Shown in pieces: positions 58,200 to 64,000 of a DNA stretch of 64,000 nt. The notes beneath the pieces were generated by a model, which was given only the letters and a program-made list of their open reading frames with translations, was not told where the DNA came from and did no database searches. A program made the position numbers and the translations under genes. Source of the stretch: Chlorokybus atmophyticus (Eukaryota > Plantae > Mesostigma and Chlorokybus algae); assembly GCA_009103225.1 (NCBI GenBank), contig RHPI01001855.1, forward strand, positions 69,296 through 133,295, in the 5' to 3' direction. Each line of letters opens with the position of its first letter. The first letter of the stretch is position 1.

Positions 58200-59255
58200 A
58201 GCATGCTGCACACGTTACAACCCACTGCAACGTTCTTACCCTCCGATTGATGTCATGCTGGTCTTCTGGCTACACGCGCTTGTCAACCATGTGCGCGCGA
58301 ACGCATTTTGGGGTGACTTCTGCAATGCAGTCGCCTGAAGAGCAGTCTAAGCAAAAGCAGACTGCAGACGGGGCTACCATGCAGGTCAAGCACAACTGCG
58401 TCCCTGCATCACTCAAGTAGCCGCATTAGTGCATGTCACGCATATAGTCTTCTTTGCAGTTACGCTTGCAATGTGCTGTGCCGCAGCACACGATCTACTA
58501 CGCTCACCAAGATTGCTGCACAAGTGCTCGTCACCCGTCAGCTGGCCAGCATACCCGTCCGTGTCACGTAATGGCATGTAGACGTGTTGATCACCGATAC
58601 CCTTGGCGTTGTACCACTCCAGCACCTTCACTTTGTAGCTGCGCCAAGGAGTCTCTTGCTCAAGCACCTCCAGTACTTGACCGCGCCCAACAGCCACAAC
58701 CCTGCCGCTGCTGCTGCCGCTGGTGCTTGCAGCATCTCCTGCGGGTCTGCAGCACCAGCCGCATTTGAATTTCTTACGAGTGCGGGTGCAAAGCCTCGTG
58801 CAAGAGGATAAATGGCGTACCTGAAAGCCACCCAGTCCTCACGCAGCTGCGCTTGAGAAGGCGGCTCAGCAGTCAACAAGGCAAGCAGCACAGCATTTTG
58901 GCTGGAGGGAAAGTCTGCAACGGTGAATTTGGGCCAAGCCCGTAGTCTGTGCGCGAGCGGCGTGGAGCTGGCTCCTTTGCGTCAGCGCGCTTCTCAGCGC
59001 GTGCAGCGCGCATCTTCTCCTTGCGCTGCTCACTGGTCAAGCCTACCGTTTCGCCTGGCGTTAATAAATGGCCCCGTCTTGCATTATCCACAAACCAGCG
59101 GATTTGCTCACAAATCCATTCTGCAAACAAGAGGCAGTGAGCAGCCATTCTGCAGGAAGCACAAGGCATTTGGCAGGTGGCAGCTGGTATATAGACGCAC
59201 ATGCACATATGCAGACGCAGATTTCTTACTTGCAGGCCAGCGCAATGTCTGTCCG
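58200..59255 (-). pseudogene. Probable 3' part of a third CACTA-type transposase
   Basis: Spliced TDIALACK|MAAHCLLFAEWICEQIRWF, and GQVLEVLEQETPWRSYKVKVLEWY, resembling the DUF4216-like YGRIxEI...V.LF..EW motif. It lies upstream (minus strand) of the subterminal array. Confidence 0.45.
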
Positions 59256-62200
59256 TCAATCTCTAGCGGAGCGTGATATAGACAGGTTTTACGCCAGCTC
59301 CTGTCTTCAGGAGCTTACCACACTTGCGGAGGTTCGCTCCAATAAAATCTTGTCAGACCATTTTCCTATCTTCCACTCTGTCTGACCGCGCACATCCCTC
59401 CCACGGGGGCTTGGATGCTAGAAACTGGACCCCTCCTTGCTGAAGGATGCCGCCTTCTGCACAGACGTGGAGGAGCTTTGGGGGTGTAGACAAACTCATC
59501 GTCCACCCCTAGCTCCTTTCATCTTCTGGTTCGAGGAAGGTCTTGAACTCTTCACCGCCTTAGCCAAGCAGCACCATGCCAGACGCCGCGCTTCAGTGCA
59601 GCAGGCCAACCATGCAGTGCGAGTGCTGCTAGCAACTGCGGAGCTGAGTCTCTTTTCCTCGCGGCAAGCCGTAGCCCTGCAGGATGAGAGGGACAGGCTG
59701 TGCGCTAGCTTGCAAGAGCTGGAAGAAACAATGGTCGAAGGCGCATACATATGCTTCAGCAATAGGTGGCGGCTGGTGGGAGAACGCACGAGTTCATCGT
59801 TCTTCACCAGGGGCAAAGCGGATAGGCTCACCCTCCTCGATATGCTCACTTTCTCATTTAGTGGAAGCGCACCAACCCACTCTCCGCTTACAGTCCGAAC
59901 TTTAAGGTGCCACGCAACACTACTACCAAACTCTCTTCACCTCCTCGCCTGCTGATTCAAGAGAGAAGCATGGAGCGCTTGAAGAGTGCATACGGGTGGT
60001 CCCAGGGTCTATCTCTGCGAAGACTGCTGCAGCTCTGGACGCAATGGTTACAAAGGAGGAGCTGCGGTCAGCCTTATTTTCTATGGATCCTCATCACAGC
60101 CTAGGCAAGGTTGGACTTACAGCCCACTTCTGGCAACATGTATGGCCAACGCTGAGGGAAGACTATGCCGTCTATTGCCGACACGTACTTGACGTTGGGG
60201 AGATGGGCTCTACGCAGCGTGTTGATGGTATCACTATGCTGCACAAGCAAGGCGATCTCAGATCTACGTAACTGGCGTCCTATCACTCTCCTCCCTTTGC
60301 ACTAAAAGATCCAGTCGAAGCTCTATCTGTTAGACTCTCACCGTTGTTGCCAGAAGTGTTATCTTCGGAGATAACACTTCTGGCAACAATGTGAACCACC
60401 GTTACATTCTGGGCAACGTGCTCACCGCATTGGATGCCATTCACTATGCGCATGCCTCCAACCAGTCCGCAGCCCTGCTTTTGCTCGACTTCAAAAAAGC
60501 ATTTGACCGCATCGATTGGGCGTTCTTGAAGCGAGTGATGGGAGCACTGGGATTCAGCAGTCAAATTTGTAGCTGGGTTCGCACTCTCAATAGTGGGGGC
60601 TTCGGTTTGGTCATGGTCAATGGCTTCCTCTCCTCTGAGTTTCAGCTCTAACGCAGCGTCCGGCAAGGCTGTCCGATGGCTCCTGCACTGTTTGTTATGG
60701 CTATGGAGGCACAGGGGAGCCTTCTCAAGTCGTACACCCTGCCTGCAAAGGCCTGCTACTCTCAATGGACCCCGAGGCCAACGGGGACCACGCTGATGAC
60801 ATCTGCTACTTTGCCGTTGCGGACGACACAGCAGTCCTTCTACAAGTTACCCCCTCTACATGCGTTGCTTTCTTTGCTATTATGCACACGTAGTGCTTGG
60901 CTTCCGACTCTCTTCTCAACATTTCGAACGTCGGTGGGCATTTTGCTTGGCACAGCCAGAACGTTCTGGCTGTGCCAAGCAAAATGGTTAACCTGGTTAA
61001 CCTGGTTAACCTCTCCGCCCCCGGACTGGGGAGTTTGCTGGCTTGAGGAGGGCCTGGCCGCTACCTTGCTGGGTGTACCTATGGGAGTTTCTCTGCAATA
61101 GCACCAGCTTCTCTCCTCAGTGTTGGACAGGATGCGAAGCAGGCTGAATCTCTGGTTAGGACACTACCTCTCGCAGCTGCGGGCTCTCGTGTCCAGCCAA
61201 TCCGTCTTGTCATGTCTAAGGTATCTTGTGGCGGTGGCGTCACCTTCAGCTTCGGAACTAGCCCGCCTGCGACAAGACCGCACTGCTTTCCTTTGGTCTG
61301 CTCACGGTTCAACCTCTCCATCCACTCGGGGAAAAGTAAGGTGGGAGGTGGTGTGCCTTCCCAAGTCGGACGGGTTAGGCATACTTGACCCGCACAGACA
61401 AGCACAAGCACTGGCAAAGTGGGCCGTCCGCTTGCTGGATCCGTCGTGGGCGCCTTGTGGAAAATCTCTAAGGTATTTTCAGATGCAAGCATGGGTCTCA
61501 GACCCCCGGGACCCCTCCATTAGCTGGCTCCCCCCCGGCTCAGCCTTGCTTGCTCCAGGTCTAAGGGTTTACGGCCGTGTTGCAAAGCACTGACAGCCAA
61601 TCTTCAAGGCCTGGCAAGCAATACCTCGTAGCCTCCGCCACCCTCCCATCTCGTATGAAGAAGTATTGCGCCAGCACCTCTTCTTCAACGCTCTCATCAC
61701 CGACCCCACAGGCAGAGTATTAGGGTCGGGTCCTTCTCGCAGGCTGTACAAGGTATGGGCGGTGGCGGGCTTCCACCGTGTGTGGGACCTTTGGGATGAG
61801 GTTTTACGCCGCCCTTACACCGCGGAGGAACTATTGGGCTCCGACTGCTACTCAGGTGCGCCTGCAGTCCCTCTGGCAGGCACTCCCAGCCTCCTGACAG
61901 GCTTTGCTAGTCGCAGGGCCATGCTCCCCGTTGCCGGGGGAATGGTGGGCCCTTCCCTCCGCAGACGCCAGTTTCAGCAGCGCTCTCCTCGTCAAGAGCG
62001 CCTCCATCTCCCAATGCCACGGCCTCCTTTTTCCCTTGGGTGGACCTGAAGGCGTGCAGCTGGGGGCGTGCACAGGGCCATCTTCGTTTCTCCTGCAGAG
62101 CCTGCGTCTACTGCGTGTGGTCCCCCGGCCGGCACGAACGCTGATAGGCCCCGCTCCCTATTCTCCGGCCCGGCTGTCCCTGCCAAATAAATACACTGGC

Positions 62201-63120
62201 TGGGTCGCTGTTGGTATGGCTGCCCTGTCTAATCTGTTTTGCGACCCGGCCTCAGTGTCCTGGCAGGGACCCGGAGCAAGCCACCAAGCTTACCCGGCCC
62301 TGGGATTACACCCAGCTTGGGGTACAGGTTGCCCAGCCGGCGTTATCTCCCGCTTGTTCTGGGTCCGCGGCGCTGGGCTATGCTCAGTTCTTCCATAGTT
62401 TGGCCCCGTGTCTGGAAGTTGCTTCACCGCCTCCCCTCCCCCGGCAAACAATGCTCACTTTTATGGCTGATTACGCAGGATGCCCTCACCACCGGTGAAC
62501 GGCTACAACACTTTCAAGACGCTGACCCTACCTGCATGAGCTGCTCCTCGCTGGACGTTGAGACCACCCTTCATATTTACGTGCACTGTTCCGTAGCTTC
62601 ATGGTCTTTCGTCTCCGCCTTGTTGACTAGACCAAGAGCTTCGGCAGATTTCTCCCCCGTGTCCCTGTTGCTCGGCGTGGGTTGTCCTGTTCGTCCAGCA
62701 TCGCTTGCTGGCGTGTGGCAGGCAGCCCGTGCTACTGCCTTGTGGTGTTTATGGTGCTTCCGATATTCTCACCGTTATGACCCTCGCCCTCCTCCCCTCA
62801 CTGCTCTTCAAGATAGGTTCCTTCAGGCTCTCCTACTCCGAGCCGCCATGAAAAGTGGGTATCAATCGTTTCTGCTCCTATGCGGGACAACAAACGCCAA
62901 GCTGCTCTGCACAAGTTTCAGTCCTCTTGGGGCTGCAACTCACTCCTCTGCTCAGTGACTGGCTCGCTGCCTGTTCCTGCGGTCACTTAATATAGCTGGG
63001 ATGTGCTCGTAGACTCTTAGTTTCTGTGTTCTTACGCTAGGTAGTTTCTCTTTTCATCTCTTCATACTTTGTTTCTAATATATGCTGAACATGTTTGCAA
63101 TAAGAAACAAAAAAAAAAAA
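59256..63120 (+). mobile_element. Second 5'-truncated L1/Tx1-like LINE (decayed), related to the first
   Basis: APE C-terminus IDRFY...LSDHFP; NWRPITLL, LLLDFKKAFDRIDW, SVRQGCPMAPALF, LPKSDGLGIL; C-terminal CCHC CMSC...ETTLHIYVHC; A-tail at about 63107-63120. Many frameshifts. The 5' edge is approximate. Confidence 0.9.
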
Positions 63121-64000
63121 CTGAGCTCGAGTTGGAGCTTGAGCTGCAAGTACGGCAAAAAAGGAAGCGGAAGCTCGTGTAAGAGTTGCTGGTGAAGGCC
63201 ACAAGGCGGGGGGAGAAAGGTTTCAGAGACTGTGGGAGCTGAAAGAACTGGTGGCGTCAGCAAGGAGAAGGAGGAGAAGCATGGTGGAGCTGTTGCTGTG
63301 CAGAAAGGAGTGAAAGACGTTGCCAGAGTAGCAGTGCATGTGGGAGCACAAGCAGGAGACAGCATGAAGGACCATGTGAGCTACAACAAAGGTTTGCAGG
63401 TGATGAGCTTTAAGAAGACACTCATGAAAGGAGCGGGGAGCATGTCAATGATGGTGTCTCCTGAGACGAAGACTTGAAGATGTGAAGTGAAGCACTCAAG
63501 CTGCCCGAGTGGGAGTGTTGAAAGTTTGCTTGCATAGTTGCACTGTTGAGTGCATATTACGGTACGGTGCAGGGTCCAGTGCTCCAATTAACATGCAGAC
63601 AGTTGGCCGAATGGCCGCACATGTAGCTCCCTCCTCCCCTCCCTCGCCCTCATTCTCCTCCATGCTCTTACCCTTGCGTCGCCCTTGCTCTTGCCCTCGT
63701 CCGCGCCTCTTCCCCTCGCTCTACCTCTCCCTCCTCCCCTCCCTCGCCATCGCTGCAACTAGCCACCGCCGACGTTTATTGCCTATCCTGATTCGCACCA
63801 CACCCGAGACGCCGTTTGCTTCGAGTTGATGGTGTATGAATCAAGCATCTAAATAGCCTGAATAGCCAACTTGCTGTAGTGTCAACAAAGAGACACATGT
63901 AGATGTGGCAATCACAAACTAAGTTGATACTTTGTATTGTAGCCATAGCTTTGTATGGAAGTATGCTCAATAAAAAGCAGAATATGACTGGTTTTGTGCA

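Noticed and set aside
60985-61012. GGTTAACCT x3
   Set aside because: A short slippage duplication in a decayed LINE, with no wider pattern.
63500-63600. GAGTGGGAG|TGTTGAAAG as a copia PPT and LTR start
   Set aside because: The upstream sequence lacks copia RNase H motifs, and it does not match the 55091 LTR.
63625-63750. Pyrimidine-rich tract with a duplicated CTCCCTCCTCCCCTCCCTCGCC (G4-like on the minus strand)
   Set aside because: Low complexity near the window edge, with no context to support a function.

Overview
This is intron-rich eukaryotic DNA from the green lineage, probably a streptophyte alga or non-vascular plant (inferred from the GIL1/IRKI-like and VID27/CYPRO4-like genes). 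I found no rRNA, tRNA, CRISPR or prokaryotic operons. Bases 1-7.4 kb hold two host genes (GIL1/IRKI-like, VID27-like) with a palindromic MITE-like element between them. The 7.4-14.7 kb stretch is unresolved. From about 14.7 kb to the end is a multi-layer transposon nest. The backbone is a decayed EnSpm/CACTA-type element on the minus strand (transposase about 50.5->31.4 kb, plus ULP1/SENP and OTU protease remnants). Inserted into it are: (i) an L1/Tx1-like LINE (16074-27742), itself split by a Ty3/gypsy chromovirus (16822-25522, TSD GTCCA); (ii) an intact, young Ty3/gypsy chromovirus (32070-38112, TSD CAACC); and (iii) an 8.3 kb CAC-ended element (38724-47068, TSD AAT) containing a hAT transposon. 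From 50.9 to 64 kb is a scrambled stack of Copia, gypsy, two further CACTA fragments and a second LINE. The most interesting signal is an apparent Dam-like N6-adenine methyltransferase-type domain upstream of the protease in the first chromovirus, which can be reconstructed in frame across a 1.7 kb insertion. Next are a CACAC-terminated CMC-like transposon family and a CACTA element apparently carrying both SUMO- and ubiquitin-protease genes. All family assignments come from motif recognition by eye; no searches were run.
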